From the IMG/VR virus record IMGVR_UViG_3300027573_000022: 64,000 nt of DNA. One strand, 5' to 3'. Position 1 is the stretch's first letter, and every line of letters starts with the position of its first letter. The DNA is from an uncultured virus (IMG/VR IMGVR_UViG_3300027573_000022) (lineage: Duplodnaviria > Heunggongvirae > Uroviricota > Caudoviricetes). Shown here one piece after another: positions 8,629-18,297 of this stretch. The notes beneath the pieces were generated by a model. It did no database searches. It worked only from the letters and a program-made list of their open reading frames with translations, and had not been told where the DNA came from. The position numbers were made by a program, and so were the translations under genes.

Positions 8629-9369
8629 TTAGAACGGAGGCTTGGGCGGCTCGTCGACCGAGCCGGTCTGCGTCGGAGCAGGAGCCTGCTCAGGAGGAGC
8701 GGAGGAAGCCTGGGCCTGCTGTGCGAGAAGCTGCTGCAGCAACGCCTGCTGCTGCTCGGGCGTCATCCCGTCCACGCTCGTAGGCGGTGTAGATGACTGC
8801 GGCTGCGGTTCCGGCGACGGAGCCGACTGCTGCGGCTGCGGCGAGGGTGAGGGCGTAGTGGGCTGCGGCGCGGGCTGCGGTGATGGTGCGACCTCCTGCT
8901 GGGGCTGCGGCTGTGCGGCCGGAGCCGGTTGTGTCATACCCGCCTGGGGGATGACGCCGCTGGCGCGCATAAACTTCTTCACGCGGGTGCGGGTCTGTCC
9001 CTCGTACATCTCCTGCTCGGTCTCGATCTTCGCGTCACGGCCGGTCAATGCACCGGCGACCTGCTCGATGGCCGGTCCGTTGGCGAAGAACTCGGGTCCC
9101 AGGCCCAGCGCGGTCATGTGTTGGAAGAAGAACCTCATCGCGTTCGGGCTGTCGGGAGTCAGGGTGAAGTTGTGCCACACCATGCGCCCGTCGGCGGGAC
9201 CACCGAACACCTTGAACTGGGTGACGATCATGTCCTTGTCGCCGGCCTTCGTACGCTGCACCTTCGCGCTGATGCACTTCACGTCGTAGGTGCTGGGTGG
9301 GAGTGCCTCGAAGCCGCCGGCCTCGTTGGCCTCGTCCAGCAACTTCTTCCAGTCGTAACCTTGCGTCAC
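8629..9369 (-). CDS. DUF669-like single-stranded DNA-binding protein
   Basis: FEALPPSTYDV...GRMVWHNF; long Q/P-rich linker; tail DEPPKPPF. Confidence 0.75.
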   Translation of the reverse strand: MTQGYDWKKLLDEANEAGGFEALPPSTYDVKCISAKVQRTKAGDKDMIVTQFKVFGGPADGRMVWHNFTLTPDSPNAMRFFFQHMTALGLGPEFFANGPAIEQVAGALTGRDAKIETEQEMYEGQTRTRVKKFMRASGVIPQAGMTQPAPAAQPQPQQEVAPSPQPAPQPTTPSPSPQPQQSAPSPEPQPQSSTPPTSVDGMTPEQQQALLQQLLAQQAQASSAPPEQAPAPTQTGSVDEPPKPPF

Positions 9370-10070
9370 CTGCTGACCTCCGTGTTGAAGATGAGTTGGA
9401 ACAGCTTGGGAATGTCGGGGTTGTCTACCACCTCACCGAGGCGACCGGTTCGGTCACCCGCCTCGAATGTGGGCTGAGGCGCCGTAAGCAGCCGGTGGTA
9501 CGGCTGGCCGGTGGTGACGTCGTTCTCACGGTAGAGGTATCCGACGACGTCGATGTAGTACGGGAGTGTCGTGTACAGCTGACCCTGCACGTGGGGTGCG
9601 TATCGCCCATCCACCGCGCGGGTCATCGCCACGATGATGACACACTCGATCGGATGGGTGGGGTGGAAGGTCAGGTCACGGAAGTTCCGGACGAGTGATG
9701 CCATCTTACGCAGCAGCTCGCCCCAGTCCTGCTGCCGCATCTGGTTGCCGCCCGAGATGGCGTCGATACACCGCTGCTGGATCTCACTGATGCTGTCGAG
9801 GATCACCGATCGGAACGGATGTGCACCGTCCTGCAGCCACTGGTACACAAGCTCGAGGGTCTGGTAGTTCCGCACGTAGACGATGCAGTTCTCCCAGGTT
9901 CCATCGGGTACCGGCGGTGCGTACTGACTGGGGTCCCACTCGATGCGGTTGGGCAGGAAGCGTGTTCCACCCTCGGCGTCGAGGAAGAGCTTTGGCGCGG
10001 GGGCCGTCTCGGCCAGGCGTGTCTTACCCACCTTGGCGAGCCCGTGCACCAGCAGGGCCAGCGTGTCCAT
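9366..10070 (-). CDS. AAA_24/Sak4-like ATPase (recombinase)
   Basis: Walker A GLAKVGKT, LDAEGG, Walker B ILDSISE, QQDWG. Confidence 0.85.
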   Translation of the reverse strand: MDTLALLVHGLAKVGKTRLAETAPAPKLFLDAEGGTRFLPNRIEWDPSQYAPPVPDGTWENCIVYVRNYQTLELVYQWLQDGAHPFRSVILDSISEIQQRCIDAISGGNQMRQQDWGELLRKMASLVRNFRDLTFHPTHPIECVIIVAMTRAVDGRYAPHVQGQLYTTLPYYIDVVGYLYRENDVTTGQPYHRLLTAPQPTFEAGDRTGRLGEVVDNPDIPKLFQLIFNTEVSR

Positions 10071-11061
10071 CGTCTAGGTCTCCAGTTCTTCCGGGAATCG
10101 AAACACTATCACGGTACGTGTGCCGCGCGTCTACCCGAACGTGGGTACGCTGCACCAGGTCGCGCCAGCGAGAGCCGTCGTCCATCATGTGACACATGTC
10201 GAAGAAGTCACACTGCCACGTGCACGTGTCGTTCACGTTCGGCGGCGTCACGGTACGATGATCCCACCCACGGGTTAGGTCATCCTCCGCGCGGAAGATC
10301 TGCCGCAATGTGCCGTCCACCGCGTACCAGTATGAGCGAAGGTCGTCCGGGTTGAAGCGAACCTCCTCACGCCCGTAGAACGGTGGCTTCGCGGAGGCGG
10401 TACGCTTCACCTTTCGGAGCATGTTGAACAGCGCACCCACGGTCACCCCGCCGCGCAGCCGGTCGAGCATCGTGTAGTGCTTGAGCTGGGTGTTCATGTG
10501 CAACGTCTCTTGCTTGAGTGACTGCACCGTCTTGTGGTCGAACAGCAGGTGCACACCCGACGACACCCGGCGGATCAGCAGGTCGAGCGTGCCGCTGAGG
10601 TACACGGTACGCCCGCCGATGCCGGCGGACACAGTCACCCGCTCCTCCGCCGAGATGGGTTCGATGTCCTCGTCGGCACCGGTCTCGGCCAGCCACTCGT
10701 TGTAACCCTCCATCATTCGCCGCTCGAGGTCGAACTCGTTCTTGAGTTCCTTCACATCCTCGTCGGTGTAGGCGAGAAGGTGCACGTCACCCTCGACCTG
10801 ACCGATGCGCTGGGTCATCGTCTGCATGTCCACTGCCTGGGCGTCATCCAGCGCCTTCAGCCCGGCCTGGGCGCGCCACTCGTACGGGAGCTCGGGCGTG
10901 TAGTGCGCGGCGAGTGCCAGGTGGATGCGCGTGCCGATGCGACGGATGCCGGTCACCTGCTCGACGGGCAGACGCAGGCCCTCCCAGTATGTGAGATACC
11001 ACTTGCGGTTGCACCGTCGCCACGTTGCCAGCTCGGAGTGGGAGACGTACCGGTCAGACAC
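10024..11061 (-). CDS. PD-(D/E)XK (RecB/Cas4-like) exonuclease
   Basis: SHSEL..W.RC.RKW, GTRIH, GTLDL...DHKT, QLKHY, C-terminal C..QC.F..MC. Confidence 0.85.
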   Translation of the reverse strand: MSDRYVSHSELATWRRCNRKWYLTYWEGLRLPVEQVTGIRRIGTRIHLALAAHYTPELPYEWRAQAGLKALDDAQAVDMQTMTQRIGQVEGDVHLLAYTDEDVKELKNEFDLERRMMEGYNEWLAETGADEDIEPISAEERVTVSAGIGGRTVYLSGTLDLLIRRVSSGVHLLFDHKTVQSLKQETLHMNTQLKHYTMLDRLRGGVTVGALFNMLRKVKRTASAKPPFYGREEVRFNPDDLRSYWYAVDGTLRQIFRAEDDLTRGWDHRTVTPPNVNDTCTWQCDFFDMCHMMDDGSRWRDLVQRTHVRVDARHTYRDSVSIPGRTGDLDDGHAGPAGARARQGG

Positions 11062-11248
11062 GGTCCTTGGCCTCCTTGGCTACCTGCTTGAGTGTATCCA
11101 CGTGCACCAAGAGCTTACTCATCGCGGCCATGATGCTCATCAAGCGATCGCACAGGTCGAACAGCTGCAGGATCTGCTGACGCTGCAGCACCACCTTCGC
11201 CTCGAGTACCTCAAGTCGTTCCTCGGTCGTATTCACGGTAGGATCCAC
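11054..11248 (-). CDS. Hypothetical coiled-coil protein
   Basis: Overlaps the start of the downstream nuclease; heptad-like pattern. Confidence 0.55.
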   Translation of the reverse strand: MDPTVNTTEERLEVLEAKVVLQRQQILQLFDLCDRLMSIMAAMSKLLVHVDTLKQVAKEAKDRV

Positions 11249-11250
11249 TC

Positions 11251-11526
11251 ATGCGCAGAATCATCATCACACTCACCCTCATGCTCGCTAGTGCGCTCGG
11301 CTTCACGGCACTCACGGCGGGTGCGCAGACGTCGCCTCCGCCTCGCGTGTCGGTCGGCATCTCCATCGATCAGCGATCTGGTGCGCCGACCGAGACGACC
11401 ATCGACTGCGGCAAGGATGGCAGGTTCTCGACCGTGAACGGTGACGGCACCCTGTTCATGGAGAACCGTGAACCGCACAAGATGCTGTGTCAGATCACGA
11501 TTCGGCGTGTAGGAACGCTTACGTAA
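11251..11526 (+). CDS. Small secreted protein (isolated plus-strand gene)
   Basis: MRR plus hydrophobic core plus AGA signal peptide; two Cys; TAGGAT 6 nt before ATG; fits between minus-strand genes without overlap. Confidence 0.7.
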   Translation: MRRIIITLTLMLASALGFTALTAGAQTSPPPRVSVGISIDQRSGAPTETTIDCGKDGRFSTVNGDGTLFMENREPHKMLCQITIRRVGTLT

Positions 11527-11528
11527 CC

Positions 11529-13301
11529 TCACGCCGATAGCACCGCCTTCAGCCACGTGCGATCACGAACGATCTCCTCGAGCATGCGGGCCTTGTCATC
11601 CAGCCGGTCGATCTGCTTCTCGTCCTCCACCGTGTCGCGGGCGATGACGTCGATGATGAGGACGTTCTCGTGACCCTCACTTCCGATGCGGTGCACACGG
11701 TCCTCGACCTGCTTGTTATCGAGGTTGCTCCACGACCGTTGAAGGCGAACGAGAATGCGTGACCGGGTAAGGCTGATCCCGACGCCCCCGGCCTGAATGG
11801 TCATCAGCATCACCCGCAGCCGACCGGCCTGAAACTCCTCGATGTACTGATCACGCTCGGCCGTCGTGTCCGAACCGGTGATACGCCCGTATGAGATCTT
11901 CGCCCTGTCGAGACGTGCGGCGCAGAGGTCAATGAGCTGCCGTGACACCGCACACACGACGATGGGCTCGTCCTCGGGAAGTTCCTCGAGGATGTCCATC
12001 AGCTCGTCGACCTTCGGTGACGGCTCACTGAGGATGATCTTGTCCCTGTCGTTCTCTTGCGGCTCAAGCGCACACGTGGCTGAGGCGAACTGCATCAGTC
12101 GTAGACCCTGGGTGAGCGGTGACGTGGCGTAGATGAGGTCACCGTTCTCCATCTCGGTGAGCATCTTGTCCTTGAACTCGTTGTATGCCTTGCGGTGCTT
12201 AGGCGGTAGGTCGATCATCCGCACCTGCGGGACCTTGGGCGGCATGTTCTTGAGCACCTGGTCCTTGGGCATGCGGCGGAAGCGCGGGTCGAAGATGCGA
12301 AAGAACTCGTCACGGTTGCGCGGGTCAAGCCCGAGGATCTCCAACCCACCGAACCGGTTGAAGCTCTTCATCGTGTAGCGCTCGATGTAGGCGGTCTTAC
12401 GTGGAAACTCCTCGGGCGCGACGAAGTGCATGATCGACCACAGGTCATCGGGTGCGTCGGCGATCGGTGTTCCCGTGAGGGCGATGCGGTACTCGACGGT
12501 GGGTTGCCGTCCCACCGCCCACAGGGCGCGGGTCTGCGCCGTGCGTGGACTCTTCGCCTTGTGTGCCTCATCTGCGATGACTGCCTTCAACTGCAGGGCG
12601 TTCAGCTCCTTGGACACCTTCTCCGAGTCCTTGAGGCTGATGGACCCGTACGGCGCAAGGCGTGTGTGCAGCCTCATCGCTTCCCAGTTAATGACGTACA
12701 CATCGGCGGGTTCCTGCAGCTGCTTGCGCCGCTTCGTCGCCCCACCCTCGATGATGGAGACGACGCGGTGCGGCGCCATGCGGGCGTACTCCCGCCGCCA
12801 CGCTCGTTTCACCGAGTTCGGCGTCACCACGAGTGCAGGGTAAGCGTTGGCTGCCTCGAGCGCGGCGATGGTGGTGGCCGTCTTACCGGTGCCCATGTCG
12901 TCGGCGAGCAGGGCGCCGTGTGCGACGTACAGGAACACGGCACCCGGCCGCTGATGGGCGAAGAGTCGCTGCTCGGCATCCTCGAGGTCCGCTTCGAGGG
13001 CAAGCAACGGCGTCGTCCACTCGGGGTAACCCGCGAGCGTCGTCTTACCCCGCAACCACATGCACGGGTCGACGCGGTGCTGCCGTTCGTAGGCGGCCCA
13101 CCCACCGAGCCTCTCACTTACCTCGAGGCGATGGTCGAAGACGCCGCGCAGCGCGAGGCACGAACCCCACGACAGCGGGAGCTTCCACTCACCGGGTGTG
13201 GCAAGTACCGCGCCCGGCACGTTGCGGATCAGCGGCGCCTCGGTGTAGTTGACGAAGACGGTGATCGCATCGTCACCCTCGAGGTAGTCGGCCCTCGCCA
13301 C
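11529..13301 (-). CDS. SNF2/SF2 DNA helicase
   Basis: LADDMGTGKT, IADEAH, LTGTP, GGVGISLT, QVEDRVHRIG. Confidence 0.93.
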   Translation of the reverse strand: MARADYLEGDDAITVFVNYTEAPLIRNVPGAVLATPGEWKLPLSWGSCLALRGVFDHRLEVSERLGGWAAYERQHRVDPCMWLRGKTTLAGYPEWTTPLLALEADLEDAEQRLFAHQRPGAVFLYVAHGALLADDMGTGKTATTIAALEAANAYPALVVTPNSVKRAWRREYARMAPHRVVSIIEGGATKRRKQLQEPADVYVINWEAMRLHTRLAPYGSISLKDSEKVSKELNALQLKAVIADEAHKAKSPRTAQTRALWAVGRQPTVEYRIALTGTPIADAPDDLWSIMHFVAPEEFPRKTAYIERYTMKSFNRFGGLEILGLDPRNRDEFFRIFDPRFRRMPKDQVLKNMPPKVPQVRMIDLPPKHRKAYNEFKDKMLTEMENGDLIYATSPLTQGLRLMQFASATCALEPQENDRDKIILSEPSPKVDELMDILEELPEDEPIVVCAVSRQLIDLCAARLDRAKISYGRITGSDTTAERDQYIEEFQAGRLRVMLMTIQAGGVGISLTRSRILVRLQRSWSNLDNKQVEDRVHRIGSEGHENVLIIDVIARDTVEDEKQIDRLDDKARMLEEIVRDRTWLKAVLSA

Positions 13302-13595
13302 TTAGGCGTTCACCGCGACGTCCACGCCGCGCGCCCACGTCGCGCGCCACCAGGACATCGAGTGCCGCTGCGCGTCGCGGTACCCATCGGGGTGCACGTA
13401 CTGCGGGCTGCTGATCCGCTCGCCCGTGGTGCGTGAGAACTTGTCGTACCGAAGAGTCCCACACCGCGTGCACCGCAGACACACCAGCGTTCCGAAGTCC
13501 GGCCGCCGGTCACCGGCGCCGATCGGGTCCCAGGCGTGGCGCAGCGCGCGGCACGTGACGAATGCATCATTCCTACCTCGACGTGTCTGAGTCAT
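13302..13595 (-). CDS. Hypothetical Zn-binding protein
   Basis: CRALRHAW...CTRCG; TAAAGT 7 nt upstream of ATG. Confidence 0.65.
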   Translation of the reverse strand: MTQTRRGRNDAFVTCRALRHAWDPIGAGDRRPDFGTLVCLRCTRCGTLRYDKFSRTTGERISSPQYVHPDGYRDAQRHSMSWWRATWARGVDVAVNA

Positions 13596-13600
13596 ACCCT

Positions 13601-14068
13601 TTACTTTATCATCTCGAGAACGCGCCGATCTCCCTGATTCACGAGGAACAGGAGCAGATGTCGGAGTGCGTCGCGGGCGTGCTCATTCTTGTCGTACAGC
13701 TTCACCTGGCGAAGACGATCGTTGGTGACGAACCGCTTGGCGTCACCGGGCGCCTGCAGCGGTGCGAGCAGGCACCTGTACTTGCCGGCCAGGTACCGTA
13801 ACGCCCCGATGATCTCCATGCTCGAGGGCTGCTGGGAAAGCTGCGCGGTCTTCTCGGTGACGGTGAATCGCTCGACGACGATGATCGCCTTGTGCTGTCG
13901 CCACCGCATCCAGTCCTCCGCCCGTCCGACGAACCGCTGCTGGTCGTCGTCCATGCCCGACTTGATCTCGAGCTTGGGCAGGTAGCAGTCGGCCCAACCT
14001 GTGTGCTCACCCGGGTCGACGGCGAGGATGTAGTCGAAGTCAGATAGGCGAATCGGGTTGCTCGTCAT
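13601..14068 (-). CDS. RuvC-like Holliday junction resolvase
   Basis: LAVDPGEHTGWA, VVERF, HARDA. Confidence 0.7.
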   Translation of the reverse strand: MTSNPIRLSDFDYILAVDPGEHTGWADCYLPKLEIKSGMDDDQQRFVGRAEDWMRWRQHKAIIVVERFTVTEKTAQLSQQPSSMEIIGALRYLAGKYRCLLAPLQAPGDAKRFVTNDRLRQVKLYDKNEHARDALRHLLLFLVNQGDRRVLEMIK

Positions 14069-15875
14069 CGGTGTAGAACGCGGAGTTCACCTCCTGCACG
14101 AGGTCGGCGGGAACACCTAGGACGTCGCCCCACCGGGTGAGCGGTTCAGAGCACTCGACCTCGATGGGGATGTGAAAGTTGGTGCGATCCTCCATGATCA
14201 CCCGCGCGCGGTTCGCGAGTTCTGCTCGTCGCTCGGGATCCTCGGCCGACACCTCGAGCAGGATCTCGTCGTGCACGGTCAGCAGCAGTCCCCGCTCGAG
14301 GTCCGGGTCGGCGGCCAGGTCGACGAGCTGACGCTTCATCACCTCGGCCGCGGTACCCTGGATGAGGTAGTTCACCAGGGCGTACTCCTTGCCCGGGTCC
14401 GCACGCTGCACGCGACCCAACGGCGTCTGCACGTAGGCGTACCCAAGCTCGGCCTTGCGGCTCATTCCGACCTGGGTGACGCGACTGATGAAGCCACGCA
14501 CGCCCGGGAACAGGTCGTCGTACCGGTGCTGGAACTCACGGGCGACGTCCAGTGGCACACCGGCCGTGAGTGAAAGCTTTGCGGTGCCGGCGCCGTAGAT
14601 GCGGGCGAACCCGGTGTGCTTCGCGATCTGACGCTGACCCTTCGTCGGCACGTCCACACCGTACGCGAGCTGCGCGGTGAAGGTGTGAAGGTCCTTGCCC
14701 TCCCGGATCGCACGAATCATCGACGGCTCACCGGCGAAGTGTGCCAGCAGCCGCATCTCGATCGCCTGACAGTCGAGGCTGTACAGCAGGTGCCCCTCAC
14801 GGGGAATGAACGCGTCCCGCACCGTGCGACTGGTCTTGGGCAGGGTCTGCAGCGCGGGTCGCTGGATGGACATGCGTCCGGTGCGTGCACCCATCTGATT
14901 GATGGACGGGTGCACCACACCCTGAACCGCATACTCGAGCAGGTTCTGGAAGTAGGACGACGCAAGCTTTTGACTCTTCCGGAAGCGATGGATGGCGCGG
15001 GAGAGTGGGTGATCGATGCCCAGCAGCACATCCTCATCGAGGGCGTACTGCTTGCCGGACTTCGTTCGCTTCTCGAGGACGATACCCTCCAGCTCCAGTG
15101 CACGGATGCACGCCGCGTTCGAGCCTAGGTTTCGGCACGAGTACCGATCGGCCGCCCACGCCTGCAGCTCCTCACCGTAGGCCAGCAGCTTGGTGTTCAT
15201 CTGATCGCAGTACGGGAGGTCGACCCGCATGCCGGTTCGCTGCATCGAGGCGATCACGCGTGCACACGCCACCTCGAGCTGGTATGCGTTCATCGCGTTG
15301 GCCTCGAGGAGCTTGGGCAGCAGGTCCTCACGCAGGTAGTAGGTAAGGACCGGGTCCACGCCCGCGTAGGCCCAATACTCGGGCAACTTCACCGGCACGG
15401 TGGCGAACGTCCACTTGCCCACGCCCATGGCGTTCTTCAGCAGCATCTCGCCGGCGCTCGCACGCGGATCGATGAGTCGTGAACCTACCATCTTCAGTGC
15501 GGTGGATCGCGTCGAGTCGAGCACGTGGATCATCGCCCGCGTGTCGTCCACCATGCTCCAGTCGAACCGGTAGTCACACTCGTTCTCGATGAAGCTGATG
15601 TCGAACGGGCTGTTGTGAAATGCCATTCGCCGGCCGTGCCAGCGCTCGAGCACCTCGACGGCAAGGCCACCCCACTGGAACCACGGGATGACCCACCCGG
15701 CGGTCGCATCACCGAACTGCACGAGGCGCAGCTTGTCACCGGTGTGTGGGTTCAGCCCGGTCGTCTCGGTGTCGCACGCAAGCACGGGTCTCGGCCGCTC
15801 GAGCCAGTCCAGCAGCCGGTTGCAGTCGGCTGTGGATTCCACCAGTTCGATGCGGGTGTCAAGCGGGATCGGCAT
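14040..15875 (-). CDS. polA: Family A DNA polymerase with 3'-5' exonuclease
   Basis: DTETTG (ExoI), RTGRMS, D.QAIEMR (A), R..AK..GF..IYG (B), VHDE (C). Confidence 0.95.
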   Translation of the reverse strand: MPIPLDTRIELVESTADCNRLLDWLERPRPVLACDTETTGLNPHTGDKLRLVQFGDATAGWVIPWFQWGGLAVEVLERWHGRRMAFHNSPFDISFIENECDYRFDWSMVDDTRAMIHVLDSTRSTALKMVGSRLIDPRASAGEMLLKNAMGVGKWTFATVPVKLPEYWAYAGVDPVLTYYLREDLLPKLLEANAMNAYQLEVACARVIASMQRTGMRVDLPYCDQMNTKLLAYGEELQAWAADRYSCRNLGSNAACIRALELEGIVLEKRTKSGKQYALDEDVLLGIDHPLSRAIHRFRKSQKLASSYFQNLLEYAVQGVVHPSINQMGARTGRMSIQRPALQTLPKTSRTVRDAFIPREGHLLYSLDCQAIEMRLLAHFAGEPSMIRAIREGKDLHTFTAQLAYGVDVPTKGQRQIAKHTGFARIYGAGTAKLSLTAGVPLDVAREFQHRYDDLFPGVRGFISRVTQVGMSRKAELGYAYVQTPLGRVQRADPGKEYALVNYLIQGTAAEVMKRQLVDLAADPDLERGLLLTVHDEILLEVSAEDPERRAELANRARVIMEDRTNFHIPIEVECSEPLTRWGDVLGVPADLVQEVNSAFYTDDEQPDSPI

Positions 15876-16401
15876 CCACCCACTCCTGCGGGCGAATGCC
15901 CGCCTTCATGAACGCCTCTCGGAACTCGGTGAGTGCACGGTACACGACGACCCGCAGCCCAGACTTCTCCATGTAGAGGATCGACTTCTCGGGTTCACGG
16001 TCACGGTCGTGTGCACCGACCGAGCAGACGACACCGAAGAGCCCGGAGTTCGCGAGCATCTGCGAGCAGGTGTAACACGGACAAGTGTTGCAGTACGCAA
16101 GTCCGCCCTTGCGTGCCGAGGCGTCGGAGTACAGCAGTGCGTTGGCCTCGGCGTGAATGGCGACGCAGTCGGCGTACGAGCGCGGGTCCTCGGGCGGTGC
16201 CATTCCGCGCGGGCACCACGCACTGCAGTCATCGTCCTGATGCAGGTTGCGAAACCCCGCAGCCGGTCCGTTGTACCCGGTTCCGATGACGCGGTTGTCG
16301 TTGACGATGACACATCCGGCCTGCCGGCGACAACACGCCGATCGCAGTGCGATGAGGTCCACGACCGTAAGCCACGTCTCACTCCACGATGGGCGGATCA
16401 T
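15859..16401 (-). CDS. dCMP deaminase
   Basis: GTGYNG, HAEANAL, PCYTC Zn-binding motifs. Confidence 0.9.
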   Translation of the reverse strand: MIRPSWSETWLTVVDLIALRSACCRRQAGCVIVNDNRVIGTGYNGPAAGFRNLHQDDDCSAWCPRGMAPPEDPRSYADCVAIHAEANALLYSDASARKGGLAYCNTCPCYTCSQMLANSGLFGVVCSVGAHDRDREPEKSILYMEKSGLRVVVYRALTEFREAFMKAGIRPQEWVDADPA

Positions 16402-16607
16402 CCGACGATCGTCCGGATCTGCAGCAGTGCGTCACGGTGCCGCTGCACCGTCATCGACGTGAACGCCGTGGTGAACGCCATGGCCTCATCCACGGCCTTA
16501 CGGATCTTCTCAAGGTCACGATGATGACGCGCAAGCTCGGCACGCGCCTCACCAAGCTCGTACATCAGCTGGTCGCGGGTCATCTCACCGAGAGCGTCCT
16601 CGTCCAC
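16398..16607 (-). CDS. Hypothetical protein
   Basis: Overlap-coupled in the operon. Confidence 0.55.
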   Translation of the reverse strand: MDEDALGEMTRDQLMYELGEARAELARHHRDLEKIRKAVDEAMAFTTAFTSMTVQRHRDALLQIRTIVG

Positions 16608-17380
16608 CAGTCCTCCTTCTCACACTTGCCTTCTAGGTAAGAACGGGCGATCTGCACAACGATGTCCCACGACATGCCCGGGTCACCGATACCCGCGGGC
16701 AGGTTGTACTGCATCTCTTGCGGGTGAAGCTTGGTGGTGGCCTCGAGGTCACGGTCGTACAGGTGCAGGCTGCGGGCGTGGTGCGTGTACGTTCCCACGG
16801 GTACGTCGAGGACGTTGGCGACCGTGTGCAGTAGGTGTCCGAAGATGAAGAAGTCGTAGGGAACTCCGAGCCAGATATCGTTCGAGCGCATCGTCACGTC
16901 GAGGTCGAGCCGTCCGTCACGAATAAAGAACTGCAGGCTGCTGGTGCATGGGAGGTCCCTTGCCGCCGGGGTATGCAGGTCGCGGAAGTTGTCCCACAAC
17001 GACACCTGCGCCTGCCTCGTGTACGGGTCGCGTCGCAGCAGGTCGACGACGAGTGGCAGTGCCTCCCGGGTTCGCTGCCCGTAGCCGCCGTGGAACGCCT
17101 CGCCGTCGAGGATCTCCCTGAAGAAGGGACTCAGCTTCACCATCAGCTCGGGCATCTGCACACCGGCGACGAGCTGTAGAAACTCAGCGGCGGCGATCGC
17201 CGTGGAGACGTTGCGTCCCTGGGCGAGTGGCAACGCATCCCACGGGCGTTCGGTAATCGCGATCATCACGTTTCGTTGCTCGTAGGTGAGGTGTCCCCGC
17301 ACGTTGACGACGAACCCACCGGAGACATACTTCACGAGTTCGGCGTAGCCGTCCCGCATCGACGGAAACTCGAACGTCAT
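16580..17380 (-). CDS. Thymidylate-synthase-family enzyme, dCMP-modifying type (hydroxymethylase-like)
   Basis: TRQA, DLPCT, MRSNDIWLGVPYD, SLHLY; Asp at the base-specificity position; TGATG coupling at 17378-17382. Confidence 0.85.
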   Translation of the reverse strand: MTFEFPSMRDGYAELVKYVSGGFVVNVRGHLTYEQRNVMIAITERPWDALPLAQGRNVSTAIAAAEFLQLVAGVQMPELMVKLSPFFREILDGEAFHGGYGQRTREALPLVVDLLRRDPYTRQAQVSLWDNFRDLHTPAARDLPCTSSLQFFIRDGRLDLDVTMRSNDIWLGVPYDFFIFGHLLHTVANVLDVPVGTYTHHARSLHLYDRDLEATTKLHPQEMQYNLPAGIGDPGMSWDIVVQIARSYLEGKCEKEDWWTRTLSVR

Positions 17381-18297
17381 CACCGGGGCCATCCTCCTAG
17401 GTCGATCTCGGCCCGCCGCTGGGCCAACGCCTGAATCAGTTCGCCGTACCTGCGTTTCATCTTGTGGTGGAAGCGTCGCACGTACTGCGGGTGAGGCACC
17501 GTCGAATGCGGTACGTTGTTCAGCTTGGCGACCCGCTGCGCGTTGCGCCCGAGGCAAACGACGGGTGGACACTCAAGGATCTTCCACAGCTGCTCGACGT
17601 TCTCTTCACACGCGTTGGCGATGCCGATCCGCTGTCCGAAGGACGGTGTCAGCGCCTCGAGGAGGAAGTGACCGGACGTCGCGTTGAACGGAACGAACGC
17701 CGACTCGTACTCAGCTGGACTGTTGCGGGTGTCACCCAGAAGAAGTGCACTAGGACGGAACCCACCGACGTAGGTCGGGAAGTCCACCAGCGGTGCGCAC
17801 ATCTTGTCACGGTACCGGGCGAAGTCATACACGTCGGCCAGATCGAGAGGTGTTGACTGATGATCACTCCATCCGGTGAGGGCGAGAAGACGGTAGTCCG
17901 CGATGATGTCGGCCAGGTTCTTCTGCTTGATGAGGTCATCGCCGCGGGTCTCAAGTCGAAACCTGATGACGTCGAGCCGTTCACGCATGATGATCACCAC
18001 TGCACCACGTGACTGGAGGAAGAGGTGGATGTGTAGGAGGCGTGCGTCATCAAGCTTGCTCTCACCGCGCAGCAGTGGGCCGTACACCCGCTCACCCAGG
18101 TGCAGTCGGTCGCAGATTACGTGCTGTCGCGTCCCGGGTCGATACCACTGCAGGGCAAGCTCGTACTCCTCGAGCGGGTCCTTCTCGATCGGACCGAAGT
18201 GAAGCACGGTGGCACCACGTAGTGCACCACGCTGGGTGAGCTTCCGAACGGCGGTCGTCTTACCGCTTCCATCAGGACCTTCCAACACGATCAGCAT
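17380..18297 (-). CDS. dNMP (thymidylate-like) kinase fused to a UDG-fold-like domain
   Basis: IVLEGPDGSGKTT, ICDR.HLGE.VYG; C-terminal LLLGD...F...SG.FL...VCLG..A...VPHPQY. Confidence 0.8.
   Translation of the reverse strand: MLIVLEGPDGSGKTTAVRKLTQRGALRGATVLHFGPIEKDPLEEYELALQWYRPGTRQHVICDRLHLGERVYGPLLRGESKLDDARLLHIHLFLQSRGAVVIIMRERLDVIRFRLETRGDDLIKQKNLADIIADYRLLALTGWSDHQSTPLDLADVYDFARYRDKMCAPLVDFPTYVGGFRPSALLLGDTRNSPAEYESAFVPFNATSGHFLLEALTPSFGQRIGIANACEENVEQLWKILECPPVVCLGRNAQRVAKLNNVPHSTVPHPQYVRRFHHKMKRRYGELIQALAQRRAEIDLGGWPR

Noticed and set aside
10024..11061. Cas4-like nuclease taken as evidence of CRISPR-Cas
   Set aside because: No repeat-spacer array or other cas genes were seen; the context is the usual phage nuclease-ATPase-SSB recombination module.
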